Assembly (NCBI GenBank): GCA_965220955.1
Contig: CBDCRK010000039.1
Coordinates: 4,694 to 68,693, forward strand
Length of the DNA: 64,000 nt
Reading direction: 5' to 3'
Source: an uncultured Candidatus Binatia bacterium
Lineage (GTDB): Bacteria; Desulfobacterota; Binatia; Bin18; CBDCRK01
This document shows, one piece after another, positions 50,482 through 60,774 of this stretch. The notes under the pieces were generated by a model, which saw only the letters and a list, made by a program, of their open reading frames with translations, was not told the DNA's origin and ran no database searches. Within the stretch, counting starts at the first letter, position 1. Every line of letters begins with the position of its first letter. The position numbers were made by a program, and so were the translations under genes.

Positions 50482-51501
50482 CTATGGTAGCGCGTCTTTC
50501 TCAGAAGGGAAAAGTGTTTGATAATCTTGTTCATGACGAAAAGCCTGTTGCTCAGATGTCAACCCAGTCCCATCTTCTGGACCGAGATCAGCAATCATAC
50601 ATTTGACCGACCCGCCTCCTTTGAGCAAAAACTCGGCCACATTGATGAGCACTGGCTCAACCCCTCGATCCCGGATTTGCTTCTGGAGCGTTGCACTCAC
50701 CCCAGCCGGCATAAACAGGTGAGAGGTCCCATTCTGGGTCAGCGTAAATGAATTAGCCGCATACAGAGCCGCATCTTCTTTTGTCAACGCAATGAGCTTG
50801 TCCTGGAATGCCGACTGCAGATGCTCCACATCGGTGGGCATCAAGCCGTCAAGATAGGCCAGCAAAAACTGACGCTGCGGACCAAAAGCGCACAGGGTAG
50901 TATCGCCGTGATAGTAGGCTTCGTCGCGTAATTGGAGCGCAAGAATTTCGGCATCTCTAGCGATTGGGCATAATTCTTTGAGCGCACCAATTTCAGACCG
51001 AAACCCATACGTTCTTTCATACGGCGGCCAACCAAGGCGGAAGCGGAAACGCTGGTCCCTCACCTGCCCATAGGTAAAGAGGTAACGTCCTCCAGCTGGG
51101 AAAAAATCGGCCTCGCCTTCAAAGCGGGACTTCAGCCGCAATAGACGAAAGCCGCAGCGTTCCAAAAATTGAGCATACACTGGCTGTTCTCCTGCCCGAG
51201 ACTGCAACAGGTTAGCCAGATAAAAAGTCTTCTGCCCCACGGCGCTCGGAGTATCAAGAGAAAAAAGGAAACCAGCGTTGGCGGGATACACCAGACCGGG
51301 GAGCGTAGGATCAGGGGGCACAACGAGGATACGTACGTTGTACTGCCCAAGTGTTCGGGCAAACGCATGCCACTGTTTGATAGCAGCAGCACGATCAACC
51401 TTCTTACGTCGCCCCCATCGCGTTCGCGTATGTGGATTCGCTCCACCGACGATCGAAAAATAGCTCGGATCGCCCATCAGGATGAGACGGGAATCAGTCA
51501 T
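50482..51501 (-). CDS. Amidinotransferase/dimethylargininase-like pentein enzyme
   Basis: ANPH, GLVYPAN, FEGEAD, YYHGDT, GGGSVKC catalytic motifs. Confidence 0.8.
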   Translation of the reverse strand: MTDSRLILMGDPSYFSIVGGANPHTRTRWGRRKKVDRAAAIKQWHAFARTLGQYNVRILVVPPDPTLPGLVYPANAGFLFSLDTPSAVGQKTFYLANLLQSRAGEQPVYAQFLERCGFRLLRLKSRFEGEADFFPAGGRYLFTYGQVRDQRFRFRLGWPPYERTYGFRSEIGALKELCPIARDAEILALQLRDEAYYHGDTTLCAFGPQRQFLLAYLDGLMPTDVEHLQSAFQDKLIALTKEDAALYAANSFTLTQNGTSHLFMPAGVSATLQKQIRDRGVEPVLINVAEFLLKGGGSVKCMIADLGPEDGTGLTSEQQAFRHEQDYQTLFPSEKDALP

Positions 51502-51505
51502 TGGC

Positions 51506-52540
51506 TCACAGGAACGGAATCGCTCCAACCTCCATGCCTTTGTCTAAGTTGAGTGCAGCTGCCTCAGGTTCCGAGCACCGCAGCACCGAGGCATCCGGCT
51601 GAGCCGCAATACGGGCCGCGCAGAATCCGGCCGTGCTTTTCCAGCCAATCAGCAAATCAATCGTCTGCTGCGTCTCTAGATCAGTCTGACTCACTTCGAC
51701 TTGGTAGCGGCGAAATTGCTGAATCAGGACAAGATCTTTAACGGGGGCACCATAGAACGGACCAGCATCGAATGGATCAACATGGTTCAGAAAACGCAAC
51801 CCGACCTTCTCAAGCAAATGAACCGCACCCTCAGTCTCGCGACCGACTTTGCCAATCTGTTCCTGGACGTCCACCGGCAGCATACACACATATAACGGAA
51901 CCGAAGGAAACAAAGCCTCAATAAATTCTTTGTCGGTGATGCTGAGCTTATCGGCTGTGCGAAAGTCGAGCCCAGTCACTCGCTTGCCGTAACACTCCCA
52001 AAACAGACTTTCACCCTTAGGGGTTAAGAGCGGGAGCATTTCTGCCAGCACCTGGTTCTCAAAGCGATCAGGATACATGGCCAGGTACAGAAAACGGACA
52101 AAGGACAGCTGCTTGCCAATCTTGGCCGGTCCTTTACGAAATGCAGGATCAACGATCAGTCCACCAAGCTCAGTTGGGCCATCCATAGAACGGTGCAGAG
52201 AGAGGTAGGGATGCCGAAACAGCTTTTTGAGCGTTTTGGAATAACGCTCGTCTGTTGCCATCTGGAGATAATAATGTGGATACTCAGGCGTGCCGTGCTT
52301 GGCAATCAGCATCGCGGTCCCGACAATCTTCTTGGTTGTCGCCTCCTCTAACACAAACAGGTATATCCCGTCCTTCGGGGCCGGAAGCTGAGCATCAAAA
52401 GATAGCCGGGACCGCTGAATAAAATCGGCTAAGGCGTTCCGCTCAGTCGGCAAATTAGTCGAATCAAGCATACGCCCAAGACGCAGGACCTGCTCCAGAT
52501 CATCCAGTGCAACTTCACGAATGCGGAAGGGAATTAACAT
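51506..52540 (-). CDS. astA: Arginine N-succinyltransferase
   Basis: NLP, YLFVLE, GPTELGGL, GKQLSFVRFLY, LAEM, FW, DPFDAGP. Confidence 0.85.
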   Translation of the reverse strand: MLIPFRIREVALDDLEQVLRLGRMLDSTNLPTERNALADFIQRSRLSFDAQLPAPKDGIYLFVLEEATTKKIVGTAMLIAKHGTPEYPHYYLQMATDERYSKTLKKLFRHPYLSLHRSMDGPTELGGLIVDPAFRKGPAKIGKQLSFVRFLYLAMYPDRFENQVLAEMLPLLTPKGESLFWECYGKRVTGLDFRTADKLSITDKEFIEALFPSVPLYVCMLPVDVQEQIGKVGRETEGAVHLLEKVGLRFLNHVDPFDAGPFYGAPVKDLVLIQQFRRYQVEVSQTDLETQQTIDLLIGWKSTAGFCAARIAAQPDASVLRCSEPEAAALNLDKGMEVGAIPFL

Positions 52541-52688
52541 ATACGGTCTCTCAGTCAGGAGTAAGGGAAAACAACATTCCCGGACTAGCGTCATTTTTTT
52601 TCATTTTAAATGTCATTTTACAGGACCCGGCGTCGCTCGGTAAGCGCGTGATAGGGGCGTTGGGGGCAAGTATAAGTGGGGACCGATA

Positions 52689-52737
52689 TTACGTTAATTC
52701 AAACTTGACAACTGACTGAATTAACGTAAATTCAGTC
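52689..52737 (+). promoter_or_regulatory. TTGACA promoter element inside overlapping inverted repeats
   Basis: TTACGTTAATTCA (52689-52701) / TGAATTAACGTAA (52717-52729) and GACTGAATT / AATTCAGTC (52714-52737); TTGACA at 52705. Confidence 0.55.
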
Positions 52738-52739
52738 TT

Positions 52740-53108
52740 ATGTCTGACACCTACATACCCCAAGCTCAGCTTGCACGACTCGAACGCTCCGTGGCGGCCA
52801 ACAGAGTCGTGGTGGTGTACGGTCCCAGGCGGGTCGGGAAGACCACCTTGATCCGCCACTATGTCCAGGTCGAGCGGCTGAAATACAACCTGTACACCGG
52901 ACGATTAGCCAAGAGTTATTTCTGGCGCACCTACGACCGTCAAGAGATCGACCTAGTCGAGGAGTGGGGAGGACGTATTCATGCCGCGGAAATGAAGTGG
53001 TCCGCTCACTCCAAAGCCCGTACCCCCCGCGGCTGGAGCGAAGCATATCCCGACAGTTCGTTCCGCGTTGTCCATCAGGACAACTATCTCGACTTCATCA
53101 CCCAGTAG
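52740..53108 (+). pseudogene. AAA_14/DUF4143 ATPase with large in-frame internal deletion
   Basis: YGPRRVGKTTL joined directly to YFWRT..QEIDLVEE..AAEMKW; 122 aa, far shorter than usual for this family. Confidence 0.8.
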
Positions 53109-53260
53109 ACGTTGCCCTTCACATCGACCTTCATGCCGTCCGGGGCGCCTGGGCGAGGATCTGTACTCATGTCGCAGAATACCCGATCGGAGGCCAAATT
53201 CAACATGCCCGAGTCCCACATCACATCGAGGTCAAAGGCCCGGATATGGCGTCTTGTTTC
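53102..53260 (-). pseudogene. SMP-30/gluconolactonase internal fragment
   Basis: RHIRAFDL...RVFCDM...PGAPDGMKVDVKGNVYW. Confidence 0.75.
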
Positions 53261-53277
53261 AGTCTGGCAGGGAGGTG

Positions 53278-53639
53278 TTAAGCAACCCGCTCCAACTGAA
53301 CAAGTTTATTCGTAAAATTGATCAGCAAAGAATAATCCCGCAGCAAATGAGTACCAATGAGGATATGGGCGCCAGCGACAAATGTGGCTTCTGCCGAGAC
53401 AGTACGGCCGTCAAAAGAAAAATCGACTAAATACAGAGTCTCCTCGATGATCTGACCTCCGGCTAAGGTAGAAGTCACGCGGCCCACATACCTAACGTTG
53501 AGCGAGTTTTGCAGGCTAAGGGGTAACTCCAAGTCTCCATTAAATCCAATCCAGTGTCGATGATGGCTTCCCAGTCTCGACCAGCAAGCGATACGGTAAT
53601 AGTAGGCTCCCCCTCAGGAGAGACACGCCCAAGAATCAC
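53278..53639 (-). pseudogene. Clan AA (retropepsin-like) aspartic protease, frameshifted by a 5-bp duplication
   Basis: AIIDTG, then the TGGAT duplication (actggattggattt), then FNGDLELP...ILIGTHLL. Confidence 0.75.
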
Positions 53640-53893
53640 CGGCGATTACCTTTGCGGTAGTAGGTTTCTGAGCCAATCCGCTCAAAAAACAAAGGCGAGA
53701 GCAGCCCTTCAGCGTCTCTTTGATTAATAATGTCCCGGACCGATTTACCAAACCATATACGCCCGCTGCGTGGATCAATTCCCGCTGTCTGCCCCAAGCG
53801 ATCGGAAAGATCGTGCTGTTGTTGGTACTCGGCCCAAATCTGATTGGCCTTAACAGAGTTCGTCTCGTCCCAACTCTCGGGTGTTTCCTTCAT
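53636..53893 (-). CDS. Small hypothetical protein translationally coupled to the aspartic protease
   Basis: 85 aa; GTGA stop/start overlap with the protease. Confidence 0.65.
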   Translation of the reverse strand: MKETPESWDETNSVKANQIWAEYQQQHDLSDRLGQTAGIDPRSGRIWFGKSVRDIINQRDAEGLLSPLFFERIGSETYYRKGNRR

Positions 53894-54549
53894 AGCTCAT
53901 GCTCTCCCCAGATCGTTATTTAAGACTACATCCGGCCTTAATTAAAAGGTCTTTTCCTGGATCGAAACCCAAAAGGTATCTGTGCGATTTCGACTTCGGG
54001 GAGCGGCTTTTCCAATTCTCCATTCAAGTCTTTGCACCTCTCCGTGAAGTCTGTCGCGGGGGGGGCCGTCGTGAAGTGTTTGCGTTGCTCCTTCTTGTTG
54101 GTGCCGTTTCCAGACCAGGTAGTGCCCCTCAGAAGAACGCGGCTTATATCTATCCTGTTCCCGACTGCCGAAGAGGTCCTTGCAAGGGTTTGCTCAGGAT
54201 GGTGCTAGCCAAGCTACGAGGAGAAACATGCCGCACCCTGATACGATTATGACCGATTTCCGAATCAAATACTTCATTCTGCTTATCCTTCCTCTTGATA
54301 TACGCCATAAACACAGGTCAATTCTCCTAGGAACTCTCGTCCATATCTTCCCCATTATCCTTCTCTTTGCTACGCGGCCACAGCTTCGGCCACACATTGT
54401 AGAGAAACCAGCAGTAGAGAACACCACCCATGGCTATCTAGCCGCCAGTATCAAGCAACCATGCTAGCACGATAGCTGTCAGAAGCCACCGACGGAACTC
54501 ATAGCAAGATTCATAGAGGTTCTCAATAATTTTCAGAATTTTTTGCTCT

Positions 54550-54755
54550 AACGCCCTGGGTATCCAGCAGCGCTCTCATGTCATCGATCGACAACGCCTC
54601 GGAATACGCCGCCGGGTCAGCCGGACTGTCCGACTGACTGTGACCCCGCAGGTCCCAGGTGATGAGCTGATAGTGCTCGGACAGGGCTTCGACCTGGGGG
54701 TTCCAGGCCGCGGTTGTGGCGCTAAAGCCGTGCGTCAGCAGCACGGCCGTCCTGA
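54550..54755 (-). pseudogene. Alpha/beta hydrolase N-terminal fragment
   Basis: AVLLTHGF, WNPQ, WDLRGHSQS; ends before the nucleophile motif. Confidence 0.75.
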
Positions 54756-54929
54756 GCCGTGCGTTTCGTAATAAATATGGACCCCACCACGATCGAGAGT
54801 TGGCATGCCGCGCCTCCATTCAGAACAGTCCAGAATATGCTAAGCTCAGCATCACATCACATTTGACGCGTCAGGGAAACCGCTAAAACCGCTCACCAAG
54901 CCCTGAGCTTTTCCGTCAGGCTGCCAATC

Positions 54930-55095
54930 CCGGCCGTACAGCTCGCTAATCAGGTCGGTTGCTAGAAAGGTAAACGGATAGGCCAACAGGCCGGCCGGAA
55001 TCACAAACCAGCCCAGATCAACAAACTTGGTGATGCCAACGACATTGCCCAGGGTCAGCGAGGTGAGAAAAATACCGGCCAAAAAGGAATAGCAG
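54930..55095 (-). pseudogene. Queuosine precursor transporter (VUT/YhhQ) fragment
   Basis: GLLAYPFTFLATDLISELYG. Confidence 0.75.
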
Positions 55096-55228
55096 ACATG
55101 GCTGGAATGGGTCGACTAGGCCGAGGAGATGGTATCAAAAGTGGAGTCCCGCATACAAGCGGGACTCCCAAACACGCGCGGTGTGGTTTTGCAAGTCGCC
55201 CTACCGGGCTGCCCCCTCTCCCCTGGAG

Positions 55229-56436
55229 GGCTCACGGCACGACAGTTTTGGGCAAGAGGGGGAGATGGGGGACGAAGGCGAAGTCGGTCCATAAGGGGCG
55301 GCCGAGGGCGAGCCGACGGGCGAAGAGGCGCAAGCCGAGTTGGAGGACACTGTATTGCCAGCGATGGCCGCGGGTGAGTTCGCGCCGCAGCACCCGCGAG
55401 CGCACCACGTGGGTGCCTAAGCTGCTCATCCAGGCCGATGCCAGCGCCAAGACCAACCAGAGCCGATTCGCGTGGGCGGGGCGGCGCACGTGGCTGCGCT
55501 GCCAGTGCCAGCCGCTAGACTTGAGATCTTTGAACGCCGCCTCTTCCCACATCCGTATCCCATACCAGGCGGCCTGCGCCTGGGGCCAATTGGTCAGTAA
55601 CAGCCACGGCTGGGCGGCGCGCCGCCGCCACTGCCCCACGACCCAGTAGGAGCGCCAGCCCGCGTTCTTGAACACCTCTACGGCCCCGTGCCACCGCTTG
55701 CCGGGGGCCGGCACCAAGGCCCCAATCTCCCCCTCCTGGCCACCGACTTGGACGTGCACCCGCCGTTGGACCCGAACCAGGAAATACCACCCCCGCTGGG
55801 CAATCGCCTCCAGCAGGGCGGGACTCGTGCCCAGCCCCCGATCTGCCTGCACGAGGATTTGACTCTGCGGCGGGAAGACCGGGGCGAGTTGGTCCAGCAG
55901 GTGCATAATCAACCCCACTTGCCCCATCGGCCACGCCGCGGGCCGATAACACCACCACGCCACCGGTAAGGCCCGGCCCCGATAGGCAATGCTCACGACC
56001 ATGGCCTTGAGATGCTCCTGTAAGCTCGTCTCGTCCACCAACAAGACAATCACGGCGCGGGACCCCAGCCGGGCCACGATCCAGGCGGCCAGCGCCGTGG
56101 CCCCGGCCTGCCAGTCCACCCGCGGGTTCGCCACAAACCGCTGCAAGCGCCGCTCCACCGTATCCGGTTTCCCCCAATGCGCCAGGGCCTCCGCCACCCG
56201 CCGCAACGTACACCGCCGACTGGCCACAACTCCCCAACTCAACGCCGCTAGCTCCTTCGCCTGCGACGCCCGGAGATGTGGAAACTGCCGTGCAATGCGC
56301 GCACTCCACTGATATACTGCCCCCTGCTCACTCATGGCCCCCTCCTGCCTTGCTTGGGATGGTTGCTCACCCAAACATGACCCGACGGGGGCTCATGGGT
56401 CAACCCGCTCCCTCCCAAACTGTCGTGTCCTCAGCC
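55229..56436 (-). mobile_element. IS4-family insertion sequence
   Basis: Imperfect terminal inverted repeats GGCTCACGGCACGACAGTTT (left) and GGCTGAGGACACGACAGTTT (right, reverse complement); GC markedly higher than flanks; no clear target duplication. Confidence 0.8.
55232..56335 (-). CDS. IS4-family DDE transposase
   Basis: LLVDET, GRALP, ADRG, WLLLT, YxxRxxxExxFKD (YGIRMWEEAAFKDLKS). Confidence 0.9.
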   Translation of the reverse strand: MSEQGAVYQWSARIARQFPHLRASQAKELAALSWGVVASRRCTLRRVAEALAHWGKPDTVERRLQRFVANPRVDWQAGATALAAWIVARLGSRAVIVLLVDETSLQEHLKAMVVSIAYRGRALPVAWWCYRPAAWPMGQVGLIMHLLDQLAPVFPPQSQILVQADRGLGTSPALLEAIAQRGWYFLVRVQRRVHVQVGGQEGEIGALVPAPGKRWHGAVEVFKNAGWRSYWVVGQWRRRAAQPWLLLTNWPQAQAAWYGIRMWEEAAFKDLKSSGWHWQRSHVRRPAHANRLWLVLALASAWMSSLGTHVVRSRVLRRELTRGHRWQYSVLQLGLRLFARRLALGRPLWTDFAFVPHLPLLPKTVVP

Positions 56437-56472
56437 CAGCGGGGGAGAGGGGATAAGAAAAATTCCGCTATT

Positions 56473-56510
56473 TCCCCTCCTGGGAGGGGTGGCCGCAGGC
56501 CGGGGTGGGT
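56473..56510 (+). repeat. REP-like palindrome, copy of 414-453
   Basis: TCCCCTCCTGGGAGGGGTGGCCGCAGGCCGGGGTGGGT. Confidence 0.7.
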
Positions 56511-56519
56511 TTCCTCTCT

Positions 56520-57130
56520 TATCTGGCGGGCAGTTTGTGTCGGCTTATTGCCTTCATTGTTGGGCCAGGTTGCATTCGTCACGCCGGGGCAGAGCCTTTG
56601 GTTCAATTTGGCGAGCTAAATAATCGTCTGAGCAAGCGTGCTGAAAAGTTATATCGGGCTTTTGCTCGGGCCAAGGCCTGCCTGCAGACAGGCAGGGCTT
56701 AACTGTCGAAATTCCTTCTGATATTGAGGCCGCCATGTGGCAGAAGTTTATGTTTATTACTGCTTGGAGCGGCGTAGGAGCACTAACCCGGGCTCCTGTT
56801 GGCATATTTCGTAGCCAGCCTGGAACACGCCAGATGCTGCAGCAGGCGATGAAGGAGATTTATGAGGTTGCCCAGGCATGTAAGATTTCCTTAGCACCAG
56901 AGATCATCAATAAGACCCTCGAGCTGTTTGACAGCTTGCCGGCAGAGGGGACGGCTTCCATGCAGCGAGATATTATGGAGGGACGGCCCTCGGAGTTAGA
57001 GATACAAAACGGAGCCGTGGTACGCTTAGGTCAGAAAGTTAGCATAGAAACGCCGGTGAATGCTTTTATTTACTACAGTTTGCTGGCAATAGAGAGGCGG
57101 GCACGGGGTGAGCTGCAATTTGGCAACTAA
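56520..57130 (+). pseudogene. panE: 2-dehydropantoate 2-reductase, 5'-truncated and frameshifted by a 20-bp palindrome
   Basis: GPGCIRHAG..FGEL in one frame; DIEAAMWQKF, ASMQRDIMEGRPSELE, GAVVRLG, TPVN in another. Confidence 0.8.
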
Positions 57131-57329
57131 TCCTATTTGAGTGACGGCAGCGTCGCTAAAGCTTACAAGGGTCAAGGCAGCTATAGCAGATATGATTATA
57201 AACAAGATCAATTGGGAGCGGATGCAAAGAAAGAATCATTGAACCTCAGTCAATCATGGAACCTGAGGTGGCAGGGCAGTACGAACATAAGTCGCTGGCC
57301 CTAATCTATGATCTGCAAGGAGTAGCGTT

Positions 57330-57734
57330 ATGACCACGTCGCTAAACTTACGGACGAATATTTCTTCAGGTGCCCCCTTAGAGTCGCTATATGGTTATTC
57401 GCGAGCTGTGAAGGTGGGCCATATGGTTTTTGTTTCGGGTTCAACCGCCATTAAGCCTGACGGTACAGTGGCTGGCGTTGGCGACCCCTATGCTCAAACT
57501 ATCCACACGTTCAGAACCATTGAGGCTGCCTTACAGCAGGCTGGGGCAACCATGAAGGAGGTGGTACGCACCCGCATGTTTGCCACCAACCTTGATCACA
57601 CCGAGGCCATTGGCAAAGCCCATGCCGAGTTCTTCGGTTCCATCCGTCCAGCTTCGACCCTAGTCGAGGTCTCGCGCTTGGTCCATCCCGATATGCTCAT
57701 CGAGATCGAGGCTGACGCTGTGATTCTTGAATAG
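57330..57734 (+). CDS. RidA/YjgF family protein
   Basis: GYSRAV, VSGST, VVRTR, RPASTLVEV, IEIEA. Confidence 0.92.
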   Translation: MTTSLNLRTNISSGAPLESLYGYSRAVKVGHMVFVSGSTAIKPDGTVAGVGDPYAQTIHTFRTIEAALQQAGATMKEVVRTRMFATNLDHTEAIGKAHAEFFGSIRPASTLVEVSRLVHPDMLIEIEADAVILE

Positions 57735-57977
57735 ACGGAAATACAAGGTGACGGTAACTATATTTGCACCAAAGACCTCACCCATCTGCGCCTGAGCGGG
57801 CTGTACCTGACCCGCCATCTCAAAAGCGACGTTTAGTGGATTGGCCTCAGGGATTAGCCGTGCGCTTATTGACTTTTGTGGGTTTACGGGGGTATGGAGG
57901 GTTGGGTAGGGTCTGGAAAAGGGGACGAATAGAGGTCCATTGAGCACAAGTAGTTCAACCGGGAAAAGCTTGGCTAG

Positions 57978-58928
<951 letters not shown>

Positions 58929-58978
58929 TAAGGCTTGCTTCGCCTCTCTCATAAGAGAAACAGAAGAGACGACTCACA

Positions 58979-59794
58979 ATGGCAGTTGTTTCCGCATTTC
59001 TGGTGCCAGGCTCGCCGTTACCTTATCTCAAACCGGAAAATCCTCCTTGGCACGCACTTGTGGAAGGCTATAAGACGGCGGGCGCAGCGTTGGCCGAGTC
59101 GAGCCCGGATGTCATTTTGGTTTACTCGACCCAGTGGGTCGCGGTGCTCGACCAGCTTTGGCAGACGAAACCGCGTGTAATGGGCCTACATGTCGATGAG
59201 AACTGGTATGAGTACGGAGACCTACCCTTTGATCTGACCGTCGACACGGAGCTTGCCCAAGCGTGCGTGGTAGGCTCAAAGGAAATCGGTGTCGGCTCCA
59301 AGGGCGTCAATTATGATGGCTTTCCCGTTGACACGGGAACCATTGTCATGGCGAATTTTCTCAATCCTGGTGGCGGATATCCCCTGGTAATAGCCTCCAA
59401 TAACATCTATCACAACGGAGCTATTACAGCGAGGCTGGCAGCAATGGCGGTGAGCAGAGCGCAGGATCAGAAAAAGGAGGTTGCCGTTGTTGGTGTTGGC
59501 GGGCTGTCGGGTACGATTTTCCGAACCGAAATCGACATCTCCGAGGATCACATTGCCAATGAGAATGACAACATGTGGAACAAGAAGATCCTGGCCATGA
59601 TGGAAAACGGAGATGTGGCAGGCTTGAGAACTGGCATAACGGATTACGCCAAAGAAGCCAGGGTTGATATGGGCTTCAAGCACTTCTGGTGGCTTCTGGG
59701 TGCTCTTGGGGGCAGCTTCGCTGGTGCCAAAGTCCATGCCTACGGGCCGAGCTATGGTAGTGGATGCGCCATTGTGGAACTAAAAGTGTCTTAG
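58979..59794 (+). CDS. amnA: 2-aminophenol 1,6-dioxygenase alpha subunit
   Basis: VVSAFLVPGSPLP, YSTQW, VDENWYEYG, DTGTI, GGLSG, DMGFKH; follows amnB. Confidence 0.85.
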   Translation: MAVVSAFLVPGSPLPYLKPENPPWHALVEGYKTAGAALAESSPDVILVYSTQWVAVLDQLWQTKPRVMGLHVDENWYEYGDLPFDLTVDTELAQACVVGSKEIGVGSKGVNYDGFPVDTGTIVMANFLNPGGGYPLVIASNNIYHNGAITARLAAMAVSRAQDQKKEVAVVGVGGLSGTIFRTEIDISEDHIANENDNMWNKKILAMMENGDVAGLRTGITDYAKEARVDMGFKHFWWLLGALGGSFAGAKVHAYGPSYGSGCAIVELKVS

Positions 59795-60032
59795 AGAAGC
59801 TAAGGCAAAAAGGCTCATCCTTCAGGTCCGGGCTTTTATAAGATAGGTAACCCTGGGTAAGGAAAAGGAAACGTCCTTAACTTCTACTCTTGTACTCCCC
59901 TGGCTTACTTGAAAATAGTTCCTTCTCCACCACCTCTAGACACGAAAGCTTGCCCCATAAACTAAACCTGTGTCTATGCCGATGAGTCAGTCAAATCAAC
60001 ACCATCACCAACACCATCCAATAGTATGGCCT

Positions 60033-60662
60033 TTACAAATTTGTTCGGTAATCCTCCTCCACAAGTTTGTCGATCTCCTCAGCCATTTTGTTGTCGCCGC
60101 CGATTTTAGCGGAGAGGATCTTGCCAAACGAGATCTTGTGCCGCTCATGCCAGGTTTCAGGTTTCCAGAGATGGGCGCGAATGAACGCTTTGGCACAGTG
60201 GTAGAAGACTTCTTGCACTTTCACCCGGATTGCCACTACCGCGGGCTGGCCTCTGGCTGAGAGACGTTCGAGAACATCGGGATCAGACGTGATCTCTGCT
60301 ATACCATTAACGCGGAGAGTTTCATCGGTTCCCGGCAGGAGGAAGATCGTCCCCACACGCGGATTGATCAGAATGTTCTGCAGGCCAAAGATCAGTTTAT
60401 TGCCTTTGCGGTCCGGAATGAGCAGAGTAGTTTCGTCTTCCACAGCCACGAATCCTGGTCCATCACCCTTAGGGGAGACATCTAAATTGCCGGCAGCATC
60501 CGATGTGGCAAGAAAGAGAAACGGAGAACGTTTGATGAACTCAATACCGGATTCATCAAGCTTCTGCCACAGCTTGTGGGGGACCAATTCATGAGGAGTA
60601 TCGATAATGGTGCGAAGTTGTTCGACGGTTGTGATCCGATAAGCATCTGTTGCTGTGTCCAT
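60033..60662 (-). CDS. Pyridoxamine 5'-phosphate oxidase-like FMN-binding protein (MSMEG_1061-like)
   Basis: DVSPKGDGPGFV, IPDRKGN, ETLRVNG, HCAKAFIRAHLW. Confidence 0.9.
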   Translation of the reverse strand: MDTATDAYRITTVEQLRTIIDTPHELVPHKLWQKLDESGIEFIKRSPFLFLATSDAAGNLDVSPKGDGPGFVAVEDETTLLIPDRKGNKLIFGLQNILINPRVGTIFLLPGTDETLRVNGIAEITSDPDVLERLSARGQPAVVAIRVKVQEVFYHCAKAFIRAHLWKPETWHERHKISFGKILSAKIGGDNKMAEEIDKLVEEDYRTNL

Positions 60663-60774
60663 GGCAATCCTCCTTCTGTCTGTTGCGTTATCCCTTCCCT
60701 TAGGCGCAAAATGCGATAAAGTGCAACCTACCCATGGAGAAAAGTGACAAGCGGCTCCTTAAGAGGGGGTCAAA

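Noticed and set aside
21597-57130. Integron cassette array
   Set aside because: No intI, no recurring attC-like hairpins, and genes lie on both strands
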